IMG/VR virus record: IMGVR_UViG_3300017754_002866
Span: 1-46,228 of that record
Reading direction: 5' to 3' (one strand)
DNA length: 46,228 nucleotides
Source: a virus
Lineage: Duplodnaviria; Caudoviricetes
The position numbers and the translations under genes were made by a program. This document shows positions 1-12,500 of this stretch, piece by piece. How positions within the stretch are numbered: position 1 is the stretch's first letter; every line of letters begins with the position of its first letter. The notes beneath the pieces were generated by a model, which did not search any database, was not told the DNA's origin, and saw only the letters and a list, made by a program, of their open reading frames with translations.

Positions 1-1
1 C

Positions 2-2947
2 AAACTTGTCCCTTCCTACACAGTAAACGGTGAAGTCAAAAAGATAGGCTTGTTTATATTTAAGTGCGTCATGTTCAACAACGACTCTATGACAGCACCA
101 CGTAATCAATCTGTACGTATAACCGTAACCGGAAAAGATAGCACTGGCACGAGTATCCCTGGTGCAATTTTTACGCAAAACATTTCACCGGCTGTAGCTA
201 CTAGTATTGCAGACTGGAAGAACATCACAGTTGTCATCGACCTTAGGGCATGGCAGTCAACACTGTCTAAGATATCTATAAAGTTACAGACTGGTAACCC
301 TGCTCAAAGCACTGGCTCTGACCAGGGCATACTAGTAGACAATGTCGGTGTCTGGGGAATCCTTGATCACATGGCTCCAGACGCAATGAATGCACTTGAC
401 CCATTGAACTTGGTTAGCATTCGAGCAAAGTGCGTAAACGACTCTGTGAGTCCATCTGCGGCTGGATACCTTAAAGGATCTACCTTACGCCTTAGCAACC
501 TCACTAGTACAGACTTATCTAAATCTGACACAGTTAGTCTACGTATGGACTTCCCTACGGCAATCAAGACTAACCTGCCATACCTTAGCTTGGGTGTACT
601 AAATACTGGTGCTACAGCCCCAGAGTGGACTGGCTACGGCATATACGATCCAGATAAGGGTTACATGACATGGAAGATCTATGGCATATCCCAGAGTAAA
701 AGGAACAACGTACAGTATCTATATGTTCGTTGTGAAACTGAATACCCGGACGTAACCAATAACACTATTCTGTTTTCTATTGGTGAGGTTGCGTCTAGTG
801 GAAACTTGACGCCTGATACCGATTACGAATACACGTTTACTCGATGGTACAGCAGTGACCAAACGAACCTAAGACCACCGACTTACCACGAAGGTACAAC
901 ATATCAAACTGGTCTTGAGACATTACCATGTAATGTAAGCAACTCTGTGAGAACAACAGCTGCTTACAGCCGATCTTCTGTAGTGCTAAATCCTCAAGCT
1001 TTCCCAGCTTCGGATGCACAGTGGGATACATATCCACTGGTTATATCGGCATCACCAACTGAGTTTGTTACAGATACTATCCCTGCCTTGAATCAGTTAT
1101 CGGTGATTTCAACTACAGCAGGAACGGTTACATACACCGATTCTAACGGTGTTACGGGACGGACTGTCGTGCTAACGGCGAATGTTCCTGCGTCACTGTC
1201 ATTCGCCATAAAGAACGTTACGGCGTTTACCGGAACAGGTGCATTATGGTTGCGCCACAACCCAACGTACACAACAGCTAATACGTACAAGTACAGCCAT
1301 ATCTGCATTTATCGCAGAGCTGCTGGTGTATTCCCGGACGGCAGGTTCCGATTGGTTGCAGTTGTACCAATTGCTTCAGCATCAAGTGGTAGCAACTGGA
1401 CAACAACTGTAACGTCAGTAACAACATCTGGAACATGGAATGAGATTACATTCTTTGACAACGTGCCAGACGGAGACTTGTTTTATGAAGGTGCTCCATA
1501 TGACCAGGGGCAATTCTTTGAGCCTGGGCGCGACCAATTTCCAAATGGGTGCACATCACTTGCAATACACCAGAAAAGACTATGGGTATCGAAGGGTAAC
1601 ACTGTTTACGGCTCGTGGGTTTTGAATTTTGGTAATGAGTATTCCTTGTACACAACCATGGTTCCAGATGTTACAGATCCAAACCATGACTTTAAAGGTA
1701 CGAGCTTTACTCTGTCATCTAAGTTCGACAATGAGAAGATCATTACACTGCTGTCATACGGTGGCGATCAGATGTTCTTCAACAACAGTTCATCTGCCGC
1801 AATGCTGGTGGTGCGAGAGCGAAGCGTTTATCCGCTTTTAGGTTGGGATCCATCAACGTTTACTATTCAGTCAATGATTACTGAGGCTAGTACAGGATGT
1901 ATTTCACCACGAGCTGCCATGTCTGTATTTGGGCAACTAATGTGGCAATCACCACTTGGAGTAGTCCAATTCACTGATGGGACTATAACTCCACGTAGTA
2001 TTGAATTGCGTAGGATGTTGTCTTTGGATAAAGCAACAGGCGCTCCAGATCTAACTCCTGCCGCTTATCGTGGAATCAGTTACGCAATACATAACGGACG
2101 TTTGTTTGTATTTGCCCCTGGCGTTGGTGACACGACAAATACGTACATTTATGTTTTCGACACTAGGACTGGTGGTTGGACTCGATGGCGTACTATTGCG
2201 TCCAACACAGCTAACGGTAAGTACGGAACAGTACCAACATCATTTGTCGGATTTACTGGAGGCGTCTCTCTGAGTTTCGGTAATGATCAGGCAGACTTCT
2301 ATGCACTCAGTAACACTGGCCAGATTTACAAGCTGGCAAATACTGTTGACAAGTTGGATACATCCACTCAAAGCCCGATCTATTGGTCTTTTACATCTAG
2401 GCAGTATGGACAGACCTACTCAGAAGGAATTGCGTATTACAACCAAAACCGTGTATCTCAATTGAATTGTCACATGACAAGTGGGTCAGCGACCACGTTT
2501 GCAGTCAATGGTACGGGAGCAAGTATTGGTTGTTTTGGGTATCCATTCCAAGTAGATGACTTGATTACTCTTTCGTACAACGCTACTACTGGAGCCTCAA
2601 CTCCAAGTTATTACTTGGTTTCGGCTATTGGCCCAAGTTTGTTTGTCATAAAGAACCTAGATGGGTCTGCTGTAACTGGATCTGTTACATCACCTATTGG
2701 TGCAACAGCTGCGTATGGATATATCTTGAATTGGGCTATTCAAGATGAGGTGGGCACAAACAAACATGGTTCTGGTACATGGGCTATACCAAATAATTTT
2801 AATCGCACGTTTGCAATACGTAATGTTCAACGAGATACGTTTGCAACAGTAATGCAAATTAAGCTGTCTGGTTGGGCTTACACAACCAATAAGTTGTATG
2901 CATCGCATATTCACTGCGTGGACGCAAGAATTGCTAGGTCTCTATAA
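2..2947 (+). CDS. Virion tail tubular / DNA-stabilisation-like protein (5'-truncated by window edge)
   Basis: Frame is open from position 2 (KLVPSYTV...). The protein is Thr/Ser/Gly beta-rich. Its C-terminal half has beta-propeller-like segments typical of P22 gp10/T7 gp12-like nozzle proteins (LAIHQKRLWVSKGNTVYGS, GCISPRA, YIYVFDTRTGGWTRW). It lies upstream of ejection-type genes. Confidence 0.65.
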   Translation, partial: KLVPSYTVNGEVKKIGLFIFKCVMFNNDSMTAPRNQSVRITVTGKDSTGTSIPGAIFTQNISPAVATSIADWKNITVVIDLRAWQSTLSKISIKLQTGNPAQSTGSDQGILVDNVGVWGILDHMAPDAMNALDPLNLVSIRAKCVNDSVSPSAAGYLKGSTLRLSNLTSTDLSKSDTVSLRMDFPTAIKTNLPYLSLGVLNTGATAPEWTGYGIYDPDKGYMTWKIYGISQSKRNNVQYLYVRCETEYPDVTNNTILFSIGEVASSGNLTPDTDYEYTFTRWYSSDQTNLRPPTYHEGTTYQTGLETLPCNVSNSVRTTAAYSRSSVVLNPQAFPASDAQWDTYPLVISASPTEFVTDTIPALNQLSVISTTAGTVTYTDSNGVTGRTVVLTANVPASLSFAIKNVTAFTGTGALWLRHNPTYTTANTYKYSHICIYRRAAGVFPDGRFRLVAVVPIASASSGSNWTTTVTSVTTSGTWNEITFFDNVPDGDLFYEGAPYDQGQFFEPGRDQFPNGCTSLAIHQKRLWVSKGNTVYGSWVLNFGNEYSLYTTMVPDVTDPNHDFKGTSFTLSSKFDNEKIITLLSYGGDQMFFNNSSSAAMLVVRERSVYPLLGWDPSTFTIQSMITEASTGCISPRAAMSVFGQLMWQSPLGVVQFTDGTITPRSIELRRMLSLDKATGAPDLTPAAYRGISYAIHNGRLFVFAPGVGDTTNTYIYVFDTRTGGWTRWRTIASNTANGKYGTVPTSFVGFTGGVSLSFGNDQADFYALSNTGQIYKLANTVDKLDTSTQSPIYWSFTSRQYGQTYSEGIAYYNQNRVSQLNCHMTSGSATTFAVNGTGASIGCFGYPFQVDDLITLSYNATTGASTPSYYLVSAIGPSLFVIKNLDGSAVTGSVTSPIGATAAYGYILNWAIQDEVGTNKHGSGTWAIPNNFNRTFAIRNVQRDTFATVMQIKLSGWAYTTNKLYASHIHCVDARIARSL

Positions 2948-3408
2948 TGGCAACCGCATCTCCTGGTGGCGTAACGCCTCCTGATGATTCAACTGGTAGT
3001 GGTTCAACAGCATCGACGTCTACTGGATCGCAATTGAATGGCATGACATCCGTGACTATTTCTCAAACGGAAATTGTCGGGACACCGTTGTTGCCATATG
3101 CACCAGTGAACATGATAACTAAAACAATTACAGCATCCACGGCATTCTATGATTCACCTTTGCTTGTATTGGCAGATGCAACTGCTGGCTCCATCGTAGT
3201 GACGTTACCCGTGTCTGGTAGTGGTATTGGTAAACTATGCGTAGTTATGAAAACCGATTCCACAGCCAATACTGTAACAATTAATGCCGCATCTGGTGAA
3301 TCAATTTACAAGCTCGCATCATTTACGAACTTGTCATCCCAGTATCAAGCTGGACAGTTCATAGGTGTCAAAGTTGGCACATTTAACGGATGGGTAAAGG
3401 TGGCGTAA
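2947..3408 (+). CDS. Small virion structural protein (tail-associated)
   Basis: 153 aa, TAATG-coupled to the previous gene. The DATAGSIVVTLP...VMKTDSTANTVTI segment resembles motifs recurring in phage tail/fibre proteins. Confidence 0.5.
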   Translation: MATASPGGVTPPDDSTGSGSTASTSTGSQLNGMTSVTISQTEIVGTPLLPYAPVNMITKTITASTAFYDSPLLVLADATAGSIVVTLPVSGSGIGKLCVVMKTDSTANTVTINAASGESIYKLASFTNLSSQYQAGQFIGVKVGTFNGWVKVA

Positions 3409-4883
3409 TGAGTGATTTTTACAGGCAATATAATGATGGGTCGCAATATCCTTTTAATCCATATACAGCAACCAAACAACCTAGATTAGGTGGTATGCAA
3501 CTAGCACAAGACCCAGAAGATTTCCAAGAAGGTGTCCAGGGTCAAGGTGGTGGCATGATGGGTGGAGGTAACAACTTCATGAAAAGCCCATACGGACAAA
3601 TGCTCGCCTCTGCTGGAATGGGAATGCTGTCCGGTCGTGGTATCGGGCAATCTCTACTTGGTGCTGGAATGGGTACAGCACAAAACGAATTACTTAAGTA
3701 CGGATTGAAACAAGGACTCGGTACTGCACTTGGTGGGCAAGCACTAGGTGCACTTGGTGGACCTTGGGGAATGGCAGCTATGGCTGCTATGCCTATGATC
3801 TCAAAGGGATTGAGTAGCCTGGGACGTACACTCGGTATTGGCGGTCGTAAGTCTGGTCCATCAGCACAAGAAATGGCTATGGGTGAGGCTAAGGGTAACC
3901 TAGCCGGTATGCGTGGCACTTATGGTGCAGACATGGGTGCAGGTCAAGCACTCCGAGATAAATACAATCCAATGCTGGAAAACCAGATTGGGCGTATGCA
4001 AGAACTTGCCGATCGAGGTTTATCCACAGAATACAACACGCGCCAGATGGCTGGAGCTGCAGCTCAAACAGAGAACGCTCGACGTGCTGCTGAAGCTCGC
4101 ATGAAAGCAACTAGTGGAATGATTGGTGGCGGTCAAGCTGTAGCTGGCTTTGGCGGTATCAATCAAGCGGCTGTAGGCGGTATGGCTCAAGGTGCTTACA
4201 ACGCCGCACAGAATAACATGAATAGTCAACCTGGCTATATTCAAGCATTGGCAGGTATGGCTGGATCACAGATTAACCGTGGTGATAACTACTACAATCA
4301 AGGTCGATCAGGAATGATGGGTCTTGACCAGAATTTGTACAACCTGAACGCACAAGAGAAGGCACGTGCTGATGCACTGTCACAGCAGAACCGCGATCGT
4401 GAAGCCAATATGATTGGCGGAATCATGAACATGGCTGGCACTGCGATGGGTATGGAGCAGTCACGTCGAAGTAACAACGATTACCTTACTGCTCTTGGTT
4501 TACGTGGCAATGCTGGATCCACTGGATTATCTGCGGCTGACTTTATTGGTAAACAAGGATTTGGTGGAGCGACTGACACTGAAGGTATTGCTAGGGAATT
4601 AATGCAGGACGAATCCTATCAAGGATTTAATCCTCAAAATCCACAAATTAATGACTACGCTTACCCTACAAATCAAATGCAATACATACCTCACCAAGGT
4701 GGGCCAAGAATTGGGAATATGCAATTAGCACAAGGTGATATAAACACTCCCGAACAGGATGAGCTTGAATGGGATTACAGCCCCTCGAATCCGAAAAACT
4801 TTGCTGGTACGGGACCACGATTTGGAAATCCTGGACAATACTTTGATGTTCAGCAATTTATAAGAGACTATGGTGGTAGGTAA
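3408..4883 (+). CDS. Putative internal virion / DNA ejection protein
   Basis: Start placed at the TAATG overlap (3408). Gly/Met/Ala/Gln-rich with glycine-zipper-like hydrophobic stretches; position matches podovirus pilot proteins. Confidence 0.6.
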   Translation: MSDFYRQYNDGSQYPFNPYTATKQPRLGGMQLAQDPEDFQEGVQGQGGGMMGGGNNFMKSPYGQMLASAGMGMLSGRGIGQSLLGAGMGTAQNELLKYGLKQGLGTALGGQALGALGGPWGMAAMAAMPMISKGLSSLGRTLGIGGRKSGPSAQEMAMGEAKGNLAGMRGTYGADMGAGQALRDKYNPMLENQIGRMQELADRGLSTEYNTRQMAGAAAQTENARRAAEARMKATSGMIGGGQAVAGFGGINQAAVGGMAQGAYNAAQNNMNSQPGYIQALAGMAGSQINRGDNYYNQGRSGMMGLDQNLYNLNAQEKARADALSQQNRDREANMIGGIMNMAGTAMGMEQSRRSNNDYLTALGLRGNAGSTGLSAADFIGKQGFGGATDTEGIARELMQDESYQGFNPQNPQINDYAYPTNQMQYIPHQGGPRIGNMQLAQGDINTPEQDELEWDYSPSNPKNFAGTGPRFGNPGQYFDVQQFIRDYGGR

Positions 4884-4888
4884 CTAAC

Positions 4889-6514
4889 ATGGCAGTTAAC
4901 TCAGGATTTGGTTCCGCATTTATGGGTTTTGGTAAGGGTTACCTTGGAGCATTGCAACAGGGTGAACGCCAAAAGCAAAGCTACCTAAATACCAAACTAA
5001 AACAAGATGACCTAACGTTCCGTAAAAACCAAGCATTATCGGATTCGGCATTTCGTCAATGGCAGATCACGAATGCCGCAGAAGATCGAGCTGACGCTCG
5101 TAAAAATGCGGCTAGTGCGGCGGCTGACAGGAGATTGGGACTTCGTAATCAAGCAGGGATTGCCGCATCGAGTGCATTAAACGATGACTTAAAAATGATC
5201 TCGTCTTTGTCAGGTCCAGATCAGATGCGAGCGTGGAATACAGCAGTTGCTCGCCAGCAAAGTATCCTTGGTGATTTCCTAGACCCTGAAGAATTTACAA
5301 AGCATATCAACAATGTACTACCGCAACCGGGTGCAGCCATACCTGGAATGACACAACCAGGACTTGTAGCAGGTGGCGTTGGTGGTGATCCAAGATTGAT
5401 GTCCGGGCAAGCGTTTGAAAAAAACGCAGGTCCACTTTTACCAGGACAGCCACGTACATTCCAAGATAAAGAAACCGGAGCATTCACACAAGTAGGACGA
5501 TCGGCATTTGATCCACGTGCTGATGCGGCTCGTCAAATTATGAGTGCTGGAATAGGTGGCTTTAACCCAGCAAATATGGCTCGCCTAGGTGGTGCAATTA
5601 GCAATATGTATCAACCGGCGGCTCAAGGTTTCGATAAGTCGAAAGACTTTACATATGAGATGCCATTGAAAGCTGAAGTAGGACAAGTTCCTATGACGGC
5701 TACATATAAGCTAGGTGCACTAGATCAAGCTAATGTTGACTCTAAGCAACAAGCTGCTGAGTTATCCAAAATCAAAGCTAATATCGCACGGACAACAGCA
5801 CCGGAGACAATCAAACAAGCACAGCTAAAAACCGAGAAATTGGTTCAAGGTATTACAGATTCAAAGTTTAATCGAGAATACAAGAGCCAGGTGTTCGGGT
5901 TACAGAAAAGCAAGTATGAACTAACGAAGGCACTTGGTGAAGCAAACCTACAGATGAAGGCTATAGGTTTATCTCAAGGAGATCGTCGAATAGCCAATGC
6001 TGAATTGATGACTCAATTGAATGCTGTTTATACACCGCAACGAATGATGGTTGGCACTGGTCAAACTCTTTCACGTATGGCTGACACGTTGTCAAAACTG
6101 CCTACTGGTTCTCCAGATCGTGCGTCAATACAACGAACGATGGCTGCCTTGAGTAGGGATTACAATCGATTCATGGTGTTGTCACAGATGACCTCTGATA
6201 CATCTGGAACACTACTGGATGGATTCATGGCTCATAAAGCAAGCGGGTTGGATGATGATGCAGCATTGGACAAGTTGATTGGTTTTGATGCAGGAGACAC
6301 TGTTGCAACTGCACCATTTATCCCATTTGCTAATCCAGAATACAAAAAGATAACCAACAACATTGAGAAGAACCAGGCATTCCCTGGTAGTAACCCTAAC
6401 GCACGTGCTGGTGCGGCGGCTGGTGAGAGAGCCAGAAGTGGTAACCCCCTTGGACTACCTGGCGGAAATCATCGAGGACCTGGAGCACGACCACAGGTTA
6501 GACAATACGGTTAG
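4889..6514 (+). CDS. Putative internal virion / DNA ejection protein
   Basis: 541 aa. N-terminal GFGSAFMGFGKGYLGALQQG followed by coiled-coil Gln/Ala-rich segments; lies between another ejection-type gene and the giant gene. Confidence 0.6.
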   Translation: MAVNSGFGSAFMGFGKGYLGALQQGERQKQSYLNTKLKQDDLTFRKNQALSDSAFRQWQITNAAEDRADARKNAASAAADRRLGLRNQAGIAASSALNDDLKMISSLSGPDQMRAWNTAVARQQSILGDFLDPEEFTKHINNVLPQPGAAIPGMTQPGLVAGGVGGDPRLMSGQAFEKNAGPLLPGQPRTFQDKETGAFTQVGRSAFDPRADAARQIMSAGIGGFNPANMARLGGAISNMYQPAAQGFDKSKDFTYEMPLKAEVGQVPMTATYKLGALDQANVDSKQQAAELSKIKANIARTTAPETIKQAQLKTEKLVQGITDSKFNREYKSQVFGLQKSKYELTKALGEANLQMKAIGLSQGDRRIANAELMTQLNAVYTPQRMMVGTGQTLSRMADTLSKLPTGSPDRASIQRTMAALSRDYNRFMVLSQMTSDTSGTLLDGFMAHKASGLDDDAALDKLIGFDAGDTVATAPFIPFANPEYKKITNNIEKNQAFPGSNPNARAGAAAGERARSGNPLGLPGGNHRGPGARPQVRQYG

Positions 6515-6547
6515 ATTTGTTAGAGCTGTTCTTGGTAAAATCAAACC

Positions 6548-9500
6548 ATGGACAGCTCTAAGCGTTTTTCCACTCCTTGGTCGGACCTGCCTCTTTCCGA
6601 ACGTGCCCGTATTGCAGCGAATGCACCAAACGTAAATAGTAAGGCTGGTATGACTCGTGCTTTGTTCGAGGCAACAAAGTTTGACGATCAGTTATACAGT
6701 AAGCAATTTGAACAAACATTCAATCAAGCAAAAGCAGCTGGTCTTATCGATCGTGCTGATGCACGTGAGATTGAAAAGTACCGTACTAACCGCGTTGTAG
6801 AGTTATACAACGAGGGTAAAGGCAGATATTTTGTTGGTCGTGAATTCCGACCAGACCTCACAGAAGACATCATTGCTGAACAGCACACGGACATCAAAGC
6901 TGATCTTCGCAATGCGATGGACTTTGAGAGGAACCAACGTTTCCCATACGAACTGAAGCAAATGGGTTATGACCCACAGGACTTCAATCGATTTGTAAAT
7001 GACAAGAGCGGATATCGAGACCTTCCGTTAGCTGGAAGAGTTGAGATTCCATTCTTAAGCCAATCATTTAAACAGGATCCACTGAAGGAAATTGGCATCG
7101 GTATGTATCAATCTGGTCGCATTGCGGCTGGTATTGAAGAAGGTGCACTTACTCCATTCGAAGCTATTGGACGCCGTATGCTTGGGCAAGACCCTGGTCA
7201 GGCGCTCCGTGAAACTGGTAACCCACTCATTGACTCTGGTCAGATCATGGGTGAGTCCGCAGTTAACCGTGCTGCTACAATCCCTTACGGAATCCTTGGT
7301 AGCCGTATCCTTACACCCGGTGCATCAGCATTGTTTGGTGCAGCTGCTACTGGTCTTGGCTCCGCTCTTGGTGGAGCTAAGATGGGTGCTAGGTTTGGGC
7401 CTGTCGGCAGTATCCTAGGTGGCGTCATGGGTGGTATCGCCGGTATGGTCGGCGGTTCTATGGCTGGTGAATTTGCTAACGAGAAGATTGCTGACCTCGC
7501 ACTAGGGCGTGATGCCAACGCACAACTCAAAGCAACACGTGAGAGCCTACAGACCCAGTATCCGTTTGCTACACGTGTCGGTGAAGAAGCTCCTGATTTA
7601 GCAATGTTTGGGCCTAGTTTGAATGTCAAGGGCTTTAGTGCAAAGAAGGCACTTAGCGGTATTAAGCAAGCTGGACTTCCGGGCGCAATCAAGGGCGTAC
7701 GTAATCAGAATGAGATGATTAGCGACCTCAGTGAACGATTCGGTGAAGGTGCTATGAACGTAGTCTTTGCCGCTCGCCAGTCAGATCGAGAAAAAGCTAA
7801 CGGCGGTCCAGGGAAGACAGCATGGGACATTCTTGCTGAAGGCGCCATGGGCGTCATCATGCAAGGTGAAACTCGCCTTGGTCAAAAGGTTTACGGTGGA
7901 CTAAACAATAAGATCGATACGATGTCACAGGCGGCTTTGACTCGTATGGCTAAGCGTTTGCCGATTGAGCCTGGGGCTGCACCTAAGCCTGTTACACGTA
8001 TGCCTGAGGGCATGATGCGGATTAACCTTGGCGGACGTCTGCAATCTGCTACAGATGCACAAGGTAATCCAGTTATCAAGGGTGCTCGATATGCAGTCTA
8101 CGACCCAGCAAAACGCAAAGCATATATTTACACAGATAACGACTTCGCACTTGCCGGTGAACGTACGAAGGCAGCTGCATTTAGCCTTGGTGGAACAGAC
8201 AACGTCTTCCGCCGTAATCCTATTCTGACGTACAGCGACAAGGGTACTGGTAGCGAACGCATGATTCTGGGCATCACAAGAGATGCCGGAGTTGTTGTTC
8301 GTGACATCAACCCAACGGGGCAAAGCACTGTATCTGTTGTTCCTGTTAGCGAGATTCGCAACGAGCCTATCAATAAGCGTTTGATCGAATCAATGGCGAG
8401 CCAGGGCGTCAAACCAAACCCTGCTCCTGCTCCGTTTATGCCTGACGTATTTACGAATGCAGACAAGTCTGTATTCCCGGATACCGTTTCTCTTGACTCC
8501 AATTTCCAAGCAATACCTGCAAGGGTTGTCAGTAAACTAGGTGGTAAAGCAACTAACGCATACATGGTTGCGTTGCCTGATGGGACGCACATCCGTGTCA
8601 ACGGGGCAATGATTAACACCAAGGGTGCTGAGCCTATTGTTCGTGGCAAGATCAGTGAGGATATGTTCCCGCAGAGCTTGTCAGATCTGATGCCACAGCG
8701 TAAGCCATTCGAGCGCCACGTACGCATTGGTACAGGTGATGACGAAACACGCCTTCAGCTAACCGAAGCTGGGTTTGGAAAAGCATGGCGCCAAGTAGGA
8801 GAAAAGTTTGCCGGTGCTCGTCAAGCTATCTTGCGTGAGCCTGATGCACAGAAGCGTGAGATTGCGATCGATATGCTTCACAACCAAATTGCCAATGAGA
8901 TTGACAAGGCTGGACTCTTTACTCCTCCAACACTAGACATCAAACCAGGGTCTGTAATCCAGATTCAAATGCCATCGAGTGGTCCATTCACTGGGCAACA
9001 ACGTATGCAGGATGCAATCGTTGTAGGTAAGAACCGATATGGACACGAAGTAATCCTGCCTAACTATCAACAGTTCGGTACGTTTACGATCAGCGATGCA
9101 GACGTTGATCCGGCATCTGCGCTCATGGCAGCCATGGACATCAGTCCTGAAGCTAAGGTTCCTGTTTCTACTAAGGGAGAAATTCAACCTCCAAAGCAAA
9201 AACAAACACGTGAAGGTGCTAACTTAGAAGAGTCACCACAGGAATCCGAAAACGCAAAGTACGTAGATTATCAAACGCAACCAGATACCATTCGTAAGAA
9301 GATTGATGAGGCAGTTGGTCAACTGTTTACATCGGACGAATCGCCTATTGGTCGTACAGTCGAAGTCAATGACGCATCGGAAGATACGCACATCCATGCT
9401 AGGGTTACTATGCATAACCCTGGTCGCATTACTTATCACCTGCGTACGACTGAATTCGATCCAGCATCGAGGGCACAAAAGGATCAGTACGTAACAACTT

Positions 9501-12500
9501 ACGAAGCTTTGTATGACCCAGACAAAGATGAATGGTCTATCAGTAGTGTTTCTCCATCGTCTGTATCAATTCCAAGTTCAATGGAAATTGAGGCAGCACT
9601 GTGGAATATTGGTGATCTAGCAAAATTATCCCCAACTGATTACAGCACTTGGTTCAAGGACAATAACTACAAGTTCAAATCAAAAACAGAAGAAACTATA
9701 TACCAAGCTGGATTTAGGTTTGCTACATTCCTGCAAGCCAAATACGGTGACACGTTTATCAAGAAGGACACTAAGACTGTACAAGACCTTGATAATGCCG
9801 CCGCTCAATGGCGTGATCAGCAGTTCTCTCCAATAGTAAACATGGCGTCTCGATACGATGACGCATCGTTTAGACGTCAAAACTTCTGGTCATTAGTCAA
9901 TAATTACGGCTCAGGAAACCTGACATTCCCTACAGTTTTAATCGACCCTAACAAACTTACAATCGACAGATGGATTGTTAATCCAAATACTGGTCAACCA
10001 TATCCAACTGATACAGACCTAGATATGGCATTAATTCCTGACTCAGCAGAAACATTAATGCGGTCTAGTGAACGTAGGCCAACATTTGCTAACAGCAACG
10101 ATCCAACTAACTTCCTAGGCCGGCATATGATCCGCGTCAATGCACAGCGAGCAATTGGCACTATTGACAACTATACAGTTGTTGATAAGGCTGTAAAAGC
10201 TGGGCGAATCCCTGAGTTTGTCGCAAGTGCTATCCTAGCTGAATCGATCAAAGTTGGTTATCGTACGACTAACGCAAACGGACAGATTAATGTCCGAAGT
10301 ATCGCTATTGACGCAAAGAATGACATGGTGCCAGTCGTTCTTACGAATGCAGTTCTTGTCAATGCTGGTAAAAAGCTAATGGCTGGAACACCTGCTAAAG
10401 ACGCTTTGTATCAGGCTTACACTGAATGGATTCAGAGTAGTGAGCCAACTGATAAAAAGAACGGCTGGATAGTGTTACCTAAACGAGCTGGGTCTGCCGC
10501 TGCTGGTCAACTTCAAAAACTAACAGCAGGTACACAATGGTGCGTTGGACAGAAGGGTCTTGGGTACGATGCTAGTTATAGAAGATCGGGTGATTTCCAC
10601 ATCTACATGGAAAACGGACGTGCTCTTATTGGCATTGGTAAACAGTATGAAGGAGCTAACTGGGAAATACATGGCGATGGACCAGGTCAAAGCCTAACAC
10701 CGTATGACCGCATGGTTTCGGACAAATACATTGCTAGTGGTGCAATCCCTGGATGGCAAGGTAAATCTGATGGCACTCCGATTATTAATAGCTTGGTTGC
10801 AATTTACAAGAGTGTCACAGACGGCAGTGTAAGTACGCAAGATAAGTACGCAGCTATCAAAGACATTACCCAGCGTTTGGAAGGGAAGGTCGTAGGTAAG
10901 CTTGACTTACCTAACGATGTTTACCTTACTCAAATGGATAACTTGATTGGGAACGTGGATTCTGATTCAAGGCATATCATAGCTAAATTAAACAACATCC
11001 AGAATTTTAGGGACATAGTCTTCAAGGAAATAAATGCCGAATTAGCTAAAGAAAAACAGCTACTTGGCTTAAATGATTTCTTGAATAAGTACCTTGGCGA
11101 TAGTTATAGTAATGAAATCATATTAGATCCACAAGAATTAGATTTTCAGAATCTGATCAAGTACGTAGAAAACGCACCTAGAATGCGTTCAAACTTAGTG
11201 GTCATTGATGCTAACAATGGTAAGAAATCTGTTGATTTCAATCAGTGGGTTACTGGTTTTGAAAAGCTTGAGTTCAAAAACTTCAGGCTTGAAATTCCGT
11301 CAACAGTGGACCCATACATACTTGAGCGTACAAACGCACGAGAATCTACGTTCGTTTTTGATTACGATGGGAAAAATAGCGTTTTCCTAACACTTAAACT
11401 TACGACTAATTTGCCACGAAGAATAGAAAACTTCCGTGGTCGTTTTAATGTAGGTGAAAGGCTTCATTACGGAGACAAGCTATTTTTTAAAAATTCTGTC
11501 TTTGATATGGCAAGTACACAGAAGTGGGCTAACCCATTTGTTCCAGAGATAAGTTTGGATGGGGCTACGCTACGATTGCCAACAGGTCACAATATGAGCT
11601 TCGGCGAAATTCGCCTAGCAGGTTCTCCTAGTAAGATTGACCTTTATGAGACAGCCGATATCAGAAAGGTTTTCAATTACAACAACAGTGTTGTATCTTT
11701 TGACAATGTAAATTCAAAAGAAACTGGTATTAAAAACTACTACGGCATCGACCCCGTTTTTGAAACGTCATGGGTTCGTGGAGATAGGAAATTTGCAGAT
11801 TATTTCCACACGGCTGTTGATGACAAGTCATTGTATTACCTTCTACCTAATGGTGAACAACCAAAGGTAATTGACATTGACAATGGTTTTGCGGGTCAAA
11901 TTGAGACTTATGCCGTTGAAGGTCAAATCATCAACCTAGTCGTGAGTGGCGATAGACCAAGTGTTGGCATTTCAAATGTCAGCAACTTCTTTGATTACCC
12001 AGCACTAAACCGACCACCAGCAGTTATGGTCAATCTGATTGCAGATAATTCCAGGACTATAAACATAATCGCTCCACCTGCGCCACAAAAAGCAATTAAC
12101 TTTACAGTTGGAAAAGATGTCAAGAATGTGTACATTGAGAAATCCAACGGTGCTTCGTGGAATGTCGTTAATCCAAAAGATGCAGAATTTGTAAGCTACG
12201 GGTATATCCACAGATTCGTTGATAGTAGGTTTAACAGTAAGCAAACTATTAATACAGTTGATGTAACAAACAACATAATTGACATGACCGCTATGAATTC
12301 TATCAATGAAGACTTAACGGATTCTATGGCAAATGAAAATGTTACGAAAATGTTGAGTAACGGTCGTAATAGGTATTTTGATTACCAAACCATATTCAAT
12401 GGATTGTTACCAAAAGACACAGTAATCCCTTTTGGTACAACCCTCACTCTTGATCGAACACTATCTTTACCAATTGATCAAATAAGGTACGACCTAGAAA

